From an uncultured Verrucomicrobiae bacterium (GTDB lineage Bacteria; Verrucomicrobiota; Verrucomicrobiia; Chthoniobacterales; Chthoniobacteraceae): DNA of 64,000 nucleotides. The stretch covers positions 384,001-448,000 of the forward strand of contig CAVYKI010000006.1 of the NCBI GenBank assembly GCA_963769025.1. Direction: 5' to 3'. Of the stretch, positions 32,385 to 41,845 are shown one piece after another. The position numbers were made by a program, and so were the translations under genes. Under the pieces are notes generated by a model that searched no databases, had not been told where the DNA came from, and was given only the letters and a program-made list of their open reading frames with translations. Each line of letters opens with the position of its first letter. Within the stretch, counting starts at the first letter, position 1.

Positions 32385-32412
32385 TGCGTCCTTACGGGAA
32401 CTGGTTCGTCTC
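32385..32412 (+). promoter_or_regulatory. Candidate ECF-type promoter for DUF2703-sigZ
   Basis: TGCGTC (32385-90), 16 nt, CGTCTC (32407-12); CGT(C) is a common ECF -10 core. Confidence 0.35.
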
Positions 32413-32461
32413 AATGGGTGAACGGGCGAATCACAGACTGCCCGGCAACCAATAAATGCAT

Positions 32462-32983
32462 ATGGAAACACACATCATCGAATGGAAACGGCTCATCCGG
32501 CACAGCCGCACCTGCGACCGCTGCGGCGACACGGGAAAGACCTTGCGCAAGGTCATCCGCGAATCGAATGCCGGGTGCGGCGCAAGGGGGGCGCGGTTTC
32601 GCCTGAAAACCACCCGCCTGCCGGTGTCGCGAGTGGCGGAGTCGAACAGCATCCTCATCGACGGCCAACCGCTGGAGCAGATCGTGCCGGGTGTCGTGGT
32701 GGCGGAAACGGAGTGCAACTCCTGCGGCGAATTGGCCGGCCGGCCCGCGCAATGTCGTGCGGTCACCGTGGACGGACGCACGCACGACGCCGTGCCCGCC
32801 GAACTCATCCGCTCGGCGATCTGCCGGGTGGCAAATTGTTGCGGGGCGGATTGCGACTGCGGCTGCGGTTGCGGGGAATCGGGAGCGAAATCCCGTATGG
32901 GGAAGGAGCGGGCGGACATCCCGCTGGGCCGCGACTTGAATCGGGCGCGCTCCGGGCGACCTTTGAAGCGGCAACGCTCATGA
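32462..32983 (+). CDS. DUF2703 family Cys-rich protein
   Basis: IEWKRL...TCDRCGDTG, ESNSILIDGQPLE, CNSCG, CRAV, C-terminal CCGADCDCGCGC. Confidence 0.8.
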   Translation: METHIIEWKRLIRHSRTCDRCGDTGKTLRKVIRESNAGCGARGARFRLKTTRLPVSRVAESNSILIDGQPLEQIVPGVVVAETECNSCGELAGRPAQCRAVTVDGRTHDAVPAELIRSAICRVANCCGADCDCGCGCGESGAKSRMGKERADIPLGRDLNRARSGRPLKRQRS

Positions 32984-33573
32984 AGCACGTGCTTGAACAA
33001 ATCTGGATCGAACTCGCGGACAAACTCCGCGGGTTCATCCGGCGTCGCATCTCGAACGACGCCGAGGCGGAGGACATCCTTCAGGACGTGTTCCTCAAAA
33101 TCGTGCGCCGTGCGGAGGATTTGCCCGCGCCGACGAAATTGCAGGGCTGGATTTTTCTCATCGCGCGCAACGCGATCATCGACCACTACCGCACGCGCAA
33201 GGAAACCGTCGCCGTGCCGGAAACGCTCGCCGCCGAGGCGGCCACCGCGCCGGAAGAGGCGGAAGGATTGAACGCGTCGCTGCGGCGGATGATCGGCAGC
33301 CTGCCCGAGCCTTATCGTGAGGCGATCCTGTTGACGGAGATCGAAGGCGTGCCGCAGGTGGCATTGGCGAGGCGGCTGGGCATCTCGGTGTCCGGTGCGA
33401 AATCCCGCGTGCAGCGTGGCCGGCGGATGCTCAAGAAGATGCTGCTCGACTGCTGCCAGTTCGAGTTCGATCGGCGTGGTGGAATCAACGAATGCGCGCC
33501 GCGCGGAATCGATTGCCCGGAATGCGGACCGGTGAAGCCCCGTGTTTCGGCATCGCACGTGGACGCGGCGTAA
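32980..33573 (+). CDS. sigZ: ECF sigma factor, SigZ-like
   Basis: AEDILQDVFLK, IARNAIIDHYR, LPEPYREA, SGAKSRVQRGR, C-terminal DCCQFEFDRRG...C...CPEC; ATGA-coupled to the DUF2703 gene. Confidence 0.85.
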   Translation: MKHVLEQIWIELADKLRGFIRRRISNDAEAEDILQDVFLKIVRRAEDLPAPTKLQGWIFLIARNAIIDHYRTRKETVAVPETLAAEAATAPEEAEGLNASLRRMIGSLPEPYREAILLTEIEGVPQVALARRLGISVSGAKSRVQRGRRMLKKMLLDCCQFEFDRRGGINECAPRGIDCPECGPVKPRVSASHVDAA

Positions 33574-33585
33574 GCGGCGCGCCCG

Positions 33586-34077
33586 TCAAGCGTTCGCCTT
33601 TTGCAGACGCGCCGCATCCGATCCGGGATGGGCGACGGACGCCTCCTTCGTGAGGTAGAATTCCTTCCCGCTAATCCACGCTTCGGCCGCATTTCCGTGG
33701 TCGTCGGTTGCAATGACCTTGATGTCATGCGGATTGCCCTCACCGGTGTAGACCGCCAGCGCTATCGGCGGATCGAATGCCACGTCATCAAACGAAGAGC
33801 TCCGGTAGCTGTAGGGGCGCGCGCTCTCGACCGGGCCATGATGATAGGATCCATGCCCGTCCGGCAAATGCCAGGCCACGAATCGCAACTGGCTATCCGG
33901 CTCAAAGTCCGCACCCTCGAGAAGCAAATCCATCCGGGGGCGGGCTTCAGTCACGTTTTTGCGGGCCCTCAAGCTCAGGCGGGGATGCTTTCCCTTGGAA
34001 AGTTCGTGGCCAGCAACGCCGGAAAACATTGCGAACATGATTCCGAACAACACCGCGATGCCAATGAAGATGCTCAT
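33586..34077 (-). CDS. Hypothetical membrane-anchored protein, lower GC
   Basis: N-terminal TM MSIFIGIAVLFGIMFAMF; no recognised family. Confidence 0.55.
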   Translation of the reverse strand: MSIFIGIAVLFGIMFAMFSGVAGHELSKGKHPRLSLRARKNVTEARPRMDLLLEGADFEPDSQLRFVAWHLPDGHGSYHHGPVESARPYSYRSSSFDDVAFDPPIALAVYTGEGNPHDIKVIATDDHGNAAEAWISGKEFYLTKEASVAHPGSDAARLQKANA

Positions 34078-34369
34078 AACGGGAGGGTTTCCAAAGGGAG
34101 CTGACAAATCAACAAAACGCCCGCCTTTTCCCAATTGCAAGTCCGTTCCTTCCCAGAAACCGCGCCATCATCGACAGTCGCGCAGAACGCGATTGTGTCG
34201 AATCGGCGAGATCCGAAGACTTCATTGGGAACACCATGTTTCCGCGAACGAGGCGCACATCACTGCACGCTGAAGCACCGGCGGGCTTTGGCGAACGAAA
34301 TCGGGATGCTACAAATCTGGAAAAAGCGCCTGCGTGCCTGCCTGCCCATTTACCCCGTAAGATATGAAA

Positions 34370-34444
34370 TGGTGCGCGCTGCAGGGTTCGAACCTGCGAC
34401 TTCTTGCGTGTGAAGCAAGCGCTCTACCACTGAGCTAAGCGCGC
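34370..34444 (-). tRNA. tRNA-Val (CAC)
   Basis: GCGCGCT-TA-GCTCAGTGGTAGAGC-G-CTTGC TT CAC AC GCAAG-AAGTC-GCAGG TTCGAAC CCTGC-AGCGCGC-A-CCA. Confidence 0.97.
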
Positions 34445-34555
34445 GTTTCCCGGTTGCCGGAAAGAGTGTTTTCCGTCGCGGGAGGCGGAATAGAAGCGGT
34501 TTTTGCGGGGGAGGCCAGCGAATTTTCCACGCGCTCGGGCGTGGTGCGGCGGTGG

Positions 34556-34897
34556 CTACCAGATCACCGGTTTCACGATGCCGAGGTAGGCGTTGAGGCC
34601 GACGAGAATAAGGACGATGAGAATTTCGGCGACGAGCGGAGTCTTGAGTTTGCGAAAGAGGATCGGGAGCATCGCGATCAAGACCCAGATGACGGTTTTC
34701 ACGATGGCGAACTGCGGAAAACCGAGCCCAAGCTTCGCGAGCGAACCAAAACCGGAGACGATCATCACGAGGAGCCCGATGCCCTGTGCGATGGCAAAGG
34801 CTTTCCGCCTTTCGCCACCGGCCAATCTGCCCCCGGTGCCGAGGGCGAGCAGCGCGATTCCGGTGATGTGGATGATTTTGTAAGTGAGGGGGTCCAT
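34556..34897 (-). CDS. Small 4-TM membrane protein (SirB-like)
   Basis: YKIIHITGI...GIGLLVMIVSGFG...AIVKTVIW...AYLGIVKP. Confidence 0.7.
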   Translation of the reverse strand: MDPLTYKIIHITGIALLALGTGGRLAGGERRKAFAIAQGIGLLVMIVSGFGSLAKLGLGFPQFAIVKTVIWVLIAMLPILFRKLKTPLVAEILIVLILVGLNAYLGIVKPVIW

Positions 34898-34963
34898 GGG
34901 AATGAATGGTGTGAGCCCAGAAACCACCGCGACGCGCGGGATGCAAGAGCGCAGCGGGTGCGC

Positions 34964-36148
34964 TCAGCGCTTCGGCGCGAATTCGGCTGCGGCTTTCTGG
35001 AATGCGGGCTGGATCTTTTTTCCCTCGTCGCCGTTCGGGTAGCCGGCGTGCTGGACGAGGAAGAGAGTGATGATGCCCGTGCCCGGATACACCTGCATGC
35101 TGGTGGAATACGCGCCGCCGTGGCCGAAGGGGCCGCCGGGGCTTTTGTCCGTCGCCCAGCCGAGGCCGTAGCTGTTGGCCAGATTGCCGGTTTGCCGGGA
35201 GGACATCGCGCGCAGGGACTTTTCGGAGAGGTATCGTTTGCCGTCGAGTTCGCCCCCGCGGAGGATCATCTGGCAAAAGCGGGTGAGGTCTGCAGCGGTG
35301 GAAAAGAGGCCGCCGCCGGGCATCGGCTCGCGGCTGGGATCGTCGAGCGGGTACTTGAGCTGCGTGATCGGCGTCTCCTCGAGGCCGGTTTTTGCGGCGT
35401 CGGGTCTGTAGGATTTTGCGATGCGCGCGATTTGCGCAGCGTTCGGCGTGAAGGTGGTGTCCTTCATCCCCAGCGGCGTGAAGAGCCGCTCCTGCAGGAA
35501 GCGCTCGTAGCTGATGCCGCTGATCACTTCGATGATGCGCCCGGCGGTGTTGATGCCGGCGTTGGAATACTGGTACTTGCTGTCGGGCTCGAATTGCAGA
35601 GGGAGCATCGCGTAGCTCTGCACGCGTGTGGCGAGCGGCAGCAAATCGAGCGTGGGTGTCTCGATCGGCGATTTGAAAGGCATCCCGCTCGTGTGGCTGA
35701 GGATGTTGCGGATCGTGATGGGATGGACGGGCGCCTTCAGCACCACGTGTTGAGCGTCCTGCTCGGCTTGGATTCGCTGGCCCTTGAATTCCGGCAGATA
35801 TTTTTCCACCGGGTCGTCGATGGACACCTTGCCTTCGTCCACGAGCATCATGACCGCGGTGGCGGTGATCGGCTTCGACATCGAGGCGATCCAGAAAATC
35901 GCGTCTTTCGTCATGGGTTTTTTTGCGGCGATGTCTGCAAAGCCGACGGTGTCCAGCGCCAGAATCCTGTCCTTATCCGCGACGAGCGTGACCGCACCGG
36001 CGAGGGTGTGGCTGTCCACGAATGGCTGCAGCACCGCCGCGATGGAAGGCGGCTCCTCGGCGGAGATCCGGACGGGGAACGTGACGCCGAGGAGTGTTGC
36101 GGCGATGGCGGCTGCGAGGAGCGTGCGGCGGGGAAAGGGCATTTGCAT
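34964..36148 (-). CDS. Secreted serine hydrolase (class C beta-lactamase family)
   Basis: ASMSK (SxxK), LSHTSG, YSN, GGGLFST, HGG. Confidence 0.9.
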   Translation of the reverse strand: MQMPFPRRTLLAAAIAATLLGVTFPVRISAEEPPSIAAVLQPFVDSHTLAGAVTLVADKDRILALDTVGFADIAAKKPMTKDAIFWIASMSKPITATAVMMLVDEGKVSIDDPVEKYLPEFKGQRIQAEQDAQHVVLKAPVHPITIRNILSHTSGMPFKSPIETPTLDLLPLATRVQSYAMLPLQFEPDSKYQYSNAGINTAGRIIEVISGISYERFLQERLFTPLGMKDTTFTPNAAQIARIAKSYRPDAAKTGLEETPITQLKYPLDDPSREPMPGGGLFSTAADLTRFCQMILRGGELDGKRYLSEKSLRAMSSRQTGNLANSYGLGWATDKSPGGPFGHGGAYSTSMQVYPGTGIITLFLVQHAGYPNGDEGKKIQPAFQKAAAEFAPKR

Positions 36149-36245
36149 GAGAGGCGTATTCGCAGGAGCATTTCGCCGGGTCAATGCGCGCGCCTGCGGT
36201 GCGCGGGCTTGCCGCGGCCATGCGGGTGCGCTTCCCTCCCAGGAA

Positions 36246-37094
36246 GTGTACCCGGCTTTGCATGTTGATCTGGACGGTGCGTGGTCGCGAGATGCCGCGA
36301 CCGGGGCGGAGTATCTCGATGCGCGGAAGTGGGGGCCGCGGCTCCGCTATTCGGCGCCGCGCGCGGAAATGGAGCGCTTTTACGAGGAGCTGAAGCCGCG
36401 CCTCGCGCCGTTCACGCTGTACGGCTCGGGAGAGTTTCACCATTTGAGCGGGCTGTGGCTCCGGCAGTTTTCCGATCCGGTCGTCCTCGTTTCATTCGAC
36501 AATCATCCGGATTGGGACGTGCGTCCGCCGCACTGGGGCTGCGGCGGCTGGGTCAACCGTGCCTTGGAACTCCCTCACGTGCGGTCGGCATCGGTGTGGG
36601 GATGCGGGAATTTCGAGCTGAACCCGCCGCATCGCTGGTTTGCGAATCACCGCGCGGTCCGCGATGGGAAGCTGGTGGTCCGCGCGTGGAAGGAGCGGAT
36701 GAGCGAGAGCGTGCGCAAAAAGTGGCCGGTGATTTCGAGGGACGGCTGGCGGGAGCAGTTCACGGCCTTCGCCGCGAAGCTCGGTGGCAGAAAGGTGTAC
36801 GTGACGATCGACACCGACTGCCTGCAAAACGAGGAAGCGGTGACAAATTGGGAGCAGGGCCTTTTCACCGCGGCGGACATCGCATCCGCGCTGGCGATCC
36901 TGCGCACGAGCGGGGCGCGCATCGTCGGCGGCGATGTCTGCGGAGCATGGTCGCAGCCCGAGTACGCGAGGTGGAAGCAGAAGTTCGCCGCGAACTTTGA
37001 CCGCCCGAAGCTCCCTCCGGTCGAACCTTCGCGCGCGCGCGAAGTGAATGCCCGCTCGCTCGCGATCCTCTGGCCTGCGCTGACCGGACAGTAG
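36246..37094 (+). CDS. Arginase/ureohydrolase-fold protein
   Basis: GSGEFHH, FDNHPD (DxHxD), TIDTD (DxD), GGDVCG; start uncertain (GTG 36246 or TTG 36258). Confidence 0.75.
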   Translation: MYPALHVDLDGAWSRDAATGAEYLDARKWGPRLRYSAPRAEMERFYEELKPRLAPFTLYGSGEFHHLSGLWLRQFSDPVVLVSFDNHPDWDVRPPHWGCGGWVNRALELPHVRSASVWGCGNFELNPPHRWFANHRAVRDGKLVVRAWKERMSESVRKKWPVISRDGWREQFTAFAAKLGGRKVYVTIDTDCLQNEEAVTNWEQGLFTAADIASALAILRTSGARIVGGDVCGAWSQPEYARWKQKFAANFDRPKLPPVEPSRAREVNARSLAILWPALTGQ

Positions 37095-37108
37095 GCGCGT
37101 CGGGGCTG

Positions 37109-37441
37109 TCAGGAGGAGGCGAGCATGATGCCGGCGCAGATGAGCGCGACACCGCACACGAGCCGGACCGTGACCCGCTCCTTCAGGAAAATCGCGGCCG
37201 CTCCGACGAGGAACACCCGCTCCAGCCCCTCGAACGGATACAGCGTGCTGAGCGGAAAGCGCGACAGCATCGCAAGCCACAGGAAAAAGCTCAGCGCCAT
37301 GGCGCCCACGCCGATGGCGAGCATGGGGAAGCGGCCGCGGCGCGTGTGGCCGGTCTCGTCCATCGCGAGCTTGAAAAAAACCTGGCCGCCCACCTGCAGG
37401 GCGACGGAGAGGATGATGAGCGCGACGGCGGCAGCCTTCAT
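37109..37441 (-). CDS. SMR/EamA-like small 4-TM transporter (ArnE/F-like)
   Basis: 110 aa; GQVFFK, LSRFPLSTLYP, FLKERV, GVALICAG. Confidence 0.8.
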   Translation of the reverse strand: MKAAAVALIILSVALQVGGQVFFKLAMDETGHTRRGRFPMLAIGVGAMALSFFLWLAMLSRFPLSTLYPFEGLERVFLVGAAAIFLKERVTVRLVCGVALICAGIMLASS

Positions 37442-37827
37442 CGATGCTCCTCGGATTCCACGTGCGCGCACGTCTGAGCAGTGAGCATCACGCCGATGAA
37501 CACGAGCGAGATTCCCAGCCACTGGCGTCCGCTGATGTCTTCGCTGAGCACCAGCCACGAGCCGACCGGCACGAGCACGTGGAGCAGGCCGGAGAGATTG
37601 TAGGCGACATTCAGCTCGATGTGGCGCAACGCGTTCAGCCAGTACACGAGGCTGGCGATGGTGGCGATGATGCCGAGCCAGACCCATCCGGAGGCGAGCT
37701 GCGTGACATCCACCCAGGACTCCGCGACGTGCGAGTTCGCGCCGAGTTTCAGCATGACCTGCGAGACCGCGGCGAGGATCACGCTGATGAACACCTGCGC
37801 CGTCGGGCTCGACAGGCGCGCCCTCAG
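37438..37827 (-). CDS. SMR/EamA-like small 4-TM transporter (ArnE/F-like)
   Basis: SQVMLK, WLNALRHIELNVAY, LSEDI, GISLVFIG; start CTG 37827 or GTG 37794; ATGA overlap with next gene. Confidence 0.8.
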   Translation of the reverse strand: MRARLSSPTAQVFISVILAAVSQVMLKLGANSHVAESWVDVTQLASGWVWLGIIATIASLVYWLNALRHIELNVAYNLSGLLHVLVPVGSWLVLSEDISGRQWLGISLVFIGVMLTAQTCAHVESEEHR

Positions 37828-39032
37828 AGTTCGTGGGCGTTGGGGAATTTTTGGATCCCCTTGTCGTGCCGCGCCGGCTGGAGGTAGCGGAGTGCGATCC
37901 GGAAGATTGGGTTGATCAGGCGGGACGTGTGCCATGCGTAGAGGTCGAGCGGAGCGAGCTCCATCCGCAGATGGAACTTCGGGTCATAATTGAGCGGTGC
38001 CGTGTAGTAGTGTTTCAGCCCATTGTCCAACGCCCACTGCACCACGTCTCGCCAGGTGACGAAGTACAGGTGCAGGTCGAGCGCGACCGAGTAGTCGAGC
38101 CCGACGTTCATGTCGTGGATCGTGTCGCCGTGGACGATGCACAGCGCAAAGGCGATGATCTTCCCGTTTTGCCGCCACAGAAAATAACGCGCACACTCCG
38201 GCATCTCACGGCCGATGCGGACGAGGAAGTCCTTCGTCAGTTCCTCGAAGCGGAACTCCGAGCGCTGGAACGTCTGCGCGTAGAGCGGATGAATCTCGTC
38301 GGCCACGTGCGACACATCGGTGACCACCTCCATCGAGATCGGCGGCTGCGCTGCGAGCTTCTTGAATTTCCGCCGGAGGTTCTTGCGAAAGGAGTAACTC
38401 ACCCGCTCCTGCAAAAATTCCTCGAAGCTCGCGAAGTCCAGCTTCATGCCGCACGCCGGCATGCTCGGCGCCCGGCTGTAGCCCCGCGAGAGAAGCGGCT
38501 TCAGCGCCTCGCGGTAGCGGGAAGGGTAATCCTTCAGCAGGACGATGGAGACCTTCGAGCTGCGCGCAAATGCCGCGAGCGCCTCGCCCAGCGCATCCAC
38601 CGCCCACGGCTGCGTGCTGTCGAGCGAGCCTTCGCTGGCCGAGCAGCCGAGCATCAGCATGCGGAGCTGCAGCCAGCCAGGAAACATCTTCCGCGGCCAG
38701 TTGAGCATCGCGCGGAGCTTGCCGGGCATGCCAGCGGTGAGATCCTGCCGGACGAAGAAAAGCTGCTGCATCGCGACTTCGCCGGTCGCGGCATTTTCGA
38801 GGAAGAGATAGCGGTGATCGAACTGCGTCGCGAGTGTCTCCGCGGCGATGCGGTGGTAACGGTGATCCTTCGCATGCCCATTGAACGCGCGCTCCCAGCG
38901 CGCGAGGTCGTCGCCGTTGAGCGCGGACACGATGCGCGCCTTTCCCGACGACGTGGCGAACTCGAACGGCGTCGCAGCCGCAGTGCTGCGGGTGGAAATG
39001 CCGGCGCTCGCCGCCGGTGCGGAGCTTTCCAT
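37824..39032 (-). CDS. FemAB-like tandem GNAT family protein
   Basis: FASFEEFL...FRKNLRRK, LYAQT, FEELT, GLDYSVALDLHLYF, YDPKFHL. Confidence 0.8.
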   Translation of the reverse strand: MESSAPAASAGISTRSTAAATPFEFATSSGKARIVSALNGDDLARWERAFNGHAKDHRYHRIAAETLATQFDHRYLFLENAATGEVAMQQLFFVRQDLTAGMPGKLRAMLNWPRKMFPGWLQLRMLMLGCSASEGSLDSTQPWAVDALGEALAAFARSSKVSIVLLKDYPSRYREALKPLLSRGYSRAPSMPACGMKLDFASFEEFLQERVSYSFRKNLRRKFKKLAAQPPISMEVVTDVSHVADEIHPLYAQTFQRSEFRFEELTKDFLVRIGREMPECARYFLWRQNGKIIAFALCIVHGDTIHDMNVGLDYSVALDLHLYFVTWRDVVQWALDNGLKHYYTAPLNYDPKFHLRMELAPLDLYAWHTSRLINPIFRIALRYLQPARHDKGIQKFPNAHEL

Positions 39033-39114
39033 TACCTGCGCTTCCCCCGTCGTTCGTCCGCAGCGCGATGCCGGTCCGCGCAATGCGGTGCGGAGTTCCG
39101 CTGGAATGATGGTT

Positions 39115-39166
39115 CAAAAAGCACGCGCGGAGTTTTCGGAAAGTCCGCCGCACTTCGAGCTTTTTG
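39115..39166 (-). terminator. Probable terminator hairpin after folD-DMT transcript
   Basis: caaaaagc...gctttttg flanking the gcgga/tccgc stem; T tract on both strands. Confidence 0.5.
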
Positions 39167-39180
39167 TCGCGACGGGCGCT

Positions 39181-40158
39181 TCACGCCATCGGTGGTGGAT
39201 CTCCGTGGGCGGGTTGATCCGGACGGGCGATGAGCAGCAGGTTCGCGACGAGGATCAGCCCGCCGCCTGCGAAGAGTTGCCATGACAGACGTTCATTTGC
39301 GTAAGCGATCCCGGCGAAGCCGGAAAACCAGCCGGGGAGGAAGAGCGCCCACGCGGAGGCGAACACCGGTTCCGTCGCGTAGATGAGCCCGGCCTGCGTG
39401 GCGGTCACGCGCGGCTGCCAGTGCGTCATCGTGTAATACGAATACACCGTGCAGACGACTGCGAGCAGCGTGGTCAGCGCGAGCACGCCTGTGGACATGT
39501 AGATTTGCGCCGCGCCTGCCGTCCCACCGGCCATGACGAATGCGGCGAGCAGCGCGCCTTTCACCGCAAACATCACGGTGGTCGTGCGGCCGGAGTCGTT
39601 CACGTGGAAGCGCGAGCGCTCGAGGCAAAGGATTTGCCCGGTGAAAAGCGCGGCGCTCAGGATGGTTTCCCATTCGCCGCGGCCGAGGTGGATGGAGCCG
39701 AATTCCACGCCGCTCAGCACGGCGCATCCAGCCATCACAAGCATGCACGCGGTGATGACGAGCACCGACGGCATCCGGCGCGAACGCAGCGCCACGGTGA
39801 GAGGCACGAAGATGCACGTGAACTGCGTGAAGAACGCCGACGTGCTGGCAGCGATGTAGTTTTGCGCGTCGGTCTGCAGCAGCATGCCGAGTCCGCCGAA
39901 GAGGCCGAGCTCGAGGCCCTGGCGCAGTTCCAGCCGCGTGAACCCGCGCCGCCGCGCGCCGATCAGCGCGAGCATGATCAGCGTCGCGAGCGCCATGCGG
40001 TTGAAAAGGATGAGAGCGGCGTTAAACCACTCCGCATGTCCCGGCGCTGCCGAAGCCTGCGCCTGCATCACGGCCTTCGCCGTCGGGAAGCTCAGTCCCC
40101 ACGCTGCGGTCGAGAGCGTCAGCCGCCAGATGGCTGCCCGCGTCACGGCGCGGCTCAT
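39181..40158 (-). CDS. DMT/EamA family transporter
   Basis: WGLSF, about 10 TM helices, [14 protein letters not shown]. Confidence 0.88.
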   Translation of the reverse strand: MSRAVTRAAIWRLTLSTAAWGLSFPTAKAVMQAQASAAPGHAEWFNAALILFNRMALATLIMLALIGARRRGFTRLELRQGLELGLFGGLGMLLQTDAQNYIAASTSAFFTQFTCIFVPLTVALRSRRMPSVLVITACMLVMAGCAVLSGVEFGSIHLGRGEWETILSAALFTGQILCLERSRFHVNDSGRTTTVMFAVKGALLAAFVMAGGTAGAAQIYMSTGVLALTTLLAVVCTVYSYYTMTHWQPRVTATQAGLIYATEPVFASAWALFLPGWFSGFAGIAYANERLSWQLFAGGGLILVANLLLIARPDQPAHGDPPPMA

Positions 40159-41033
40159 CGGCCGATCCTTTGCGCGGCGAGGACGGTGTTGTGCATGAGC
40201 ATCGCGATCGTCATCGGGCCGACGCCACCGGGCACGGGCGTGATGGCGCTGCACTTTGGCGCGACCTCGGCGAAGGCGACGTCGCCCACGAGCCGCGAGC
40301 CTTTCGGGGCGGCGGGATCGCTGATGCGGTTGATGCCGACATCGATCACCACCGCGCCTTCGCGGACAAAGTTCGCCTTCACGAATTCCGGCTGACCGAT
40401 GGCCGCGATGAGGATGTCCGCGCTGCTGCACACCTCGGCGAGATTGCGAGTCCGCGAATGGGCGACGGTCACGGTGGCGTCGCCGCCGCGGCCCTTGTTC
40501 ATGAGCAGCAGCGCCAGCGGTTTCCCGACGATCATGCTGCGGCCGAGGACGACGACATTCGCGCCCGCGGTCTCGATCCCGCTCTCGATGAGCAGCCGCT
40601 GGCAGCCGAGCGGCGTGCAGGGGACAAAGGCGTCCGCATCGCCGAGCGCGAGCTTCGCGACGTTGATGGGATGGAAGCCGTCCACGTCCTTTCGCGGGTC
40701 GAGCGCCTCGACGATGGCGCGCTCGTCGATGTGCTTCGGCGGCGGCGACTGGACGAGGATGCCGTGGATGGCCGGGTCGGCGTTCAGCGCGCGCACGATT
40801 TCGAGGAGCTGCGCCTGCGTCGTCTCGCGCGGAAGATCGTGCTTCACGCTGTGCATGCCGAGTTCGCGCGAGGTCCTTTCCTTGCTGCGGACGTAGGCGT
40901 GCGAAGCGGGATCATCGCCGACGACCACGACCGCGAGCCCCGGCTGGATGCCGCGCGCAGCGAGTTCCGCGACTGCGGTGCGCGTCTGTTCGTTGATGCG
41001 TTGTGCGATTGCCTTGCCGTCGATCAAAGTCAT
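40155..41033 (-). CDS. folD: Methylenetetrahydrofolate dehydrogenase/cyclohydrolase
   Basis: [41 protein letters not shown]. Confidence 0.97.
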   Translation of the reverse strand: MTLIDGKAIAQRINEQTRTAVAELAARGIQPGLAVVVVGDDPASHAYVRSKERTSRELGMHSVKHDLPRETTQAQLLEIVRALNADPAIHGILVQSPPPKHIDERAIVEALDPRKDVDGFHPINVAKLALGDADAFVPCTPLGCQRLLIESGIETAGANVVVLGRSMIVGKPLALLLMNKGRGGDATVTVAHSRTRNLAEVCSSADILIAAIGQPEFVKANFVREGAVVIDVGINRISDPAAPKGSRLVGDVAFAEVAPKCSAITPVPGGVGPMTIAMLMHNTVLAAQRIGR

Positions 41034-41090
41034 GCGTTCACGAGTGGCGGGGGGCGCGGCGCGAGGCAAGCGCGAAGGGGCGCGACGCGC

Positions 41091-41739
41091 TCAATCCCTG
41101 CCCATCACCGCAGCGAGGCGCGCGGTTTCCGCCTCGAGTGAGGCTGCGCCGTCCGCGATTTCGAGCGGCGGGAGGAAGGTGAGCCTCACTCTTGCGAATG
41201 GCTTCGGAATCCACAGCGCGTCCCACTTTTTCCCGATCCGCCAGAAGCGATCCATTTCCACCGCCACCGGCACGATGCGAACGTCCGCGTGGCCGGCGAG
41301 ATGGATGATGCCGGGTGCGATGTGGTAGTTCGGACCTCGCGGACCGTCGGGCGTGATCACGATGTCGTTGCCTTCGCTGACGGCGCGGGAGAGTTCCAGC
41401 AGGGCTGCCGCGCCGCGCCGCGAACTCGATCCCCGCACATTGCCCAGCGTGAAGCGCCGTGCCATCGCCGCGAGCCAGCCGCCGTCCTTGCTCGCGCTCG
41501 TGAGCACTTTCACAGGGTGGCAACGCTGCATCGCGCGCCAGTCGGCGAGGATGGAGCCGAGCAGGCGGTTGTGCCAGATGCAGAGGATGACCGGCTTGCG
41601 CGTCCGGTCGTAGAAAGTGCCGTTGTCCTCCCATTTCACGCGCAGCGTCCAGCGCGAGCAGCTTCAGCAGCGACCCGGCGACGAAGGACGCGAGCGTCTG
41701 CAGGAACGTGATTTTGTGGGCGTGGACGGGCTTGGACAC
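41091..41739 (-). CDS. DUF374 lysophospholipid acyltransferase family protein, frameshift near 41650
   Basis: WHNR, SASKDG, RGSSSRRG, ITPDGPRGP, WD...PKPF. Confidence 0.88.
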
Positions 41740-41845
41740 GGATGGAAATTTCTGACGCCAGCCGCCGGCATTTCTCGCGCTGCGACTGATGACTGGCCAC
41801 TGCTTATCGAATGCTGTTCACTCCCCGCCACTCCAAAAGCCGCGC

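Noticed and set aside
34964..36148. Bona fide antibiotic-resistance beta-lactamase
   Set aside because: SxxK/YxN with HGG rather than KTG fits the broad esterase/serine hydrolase family; resistance cannot be inferred.
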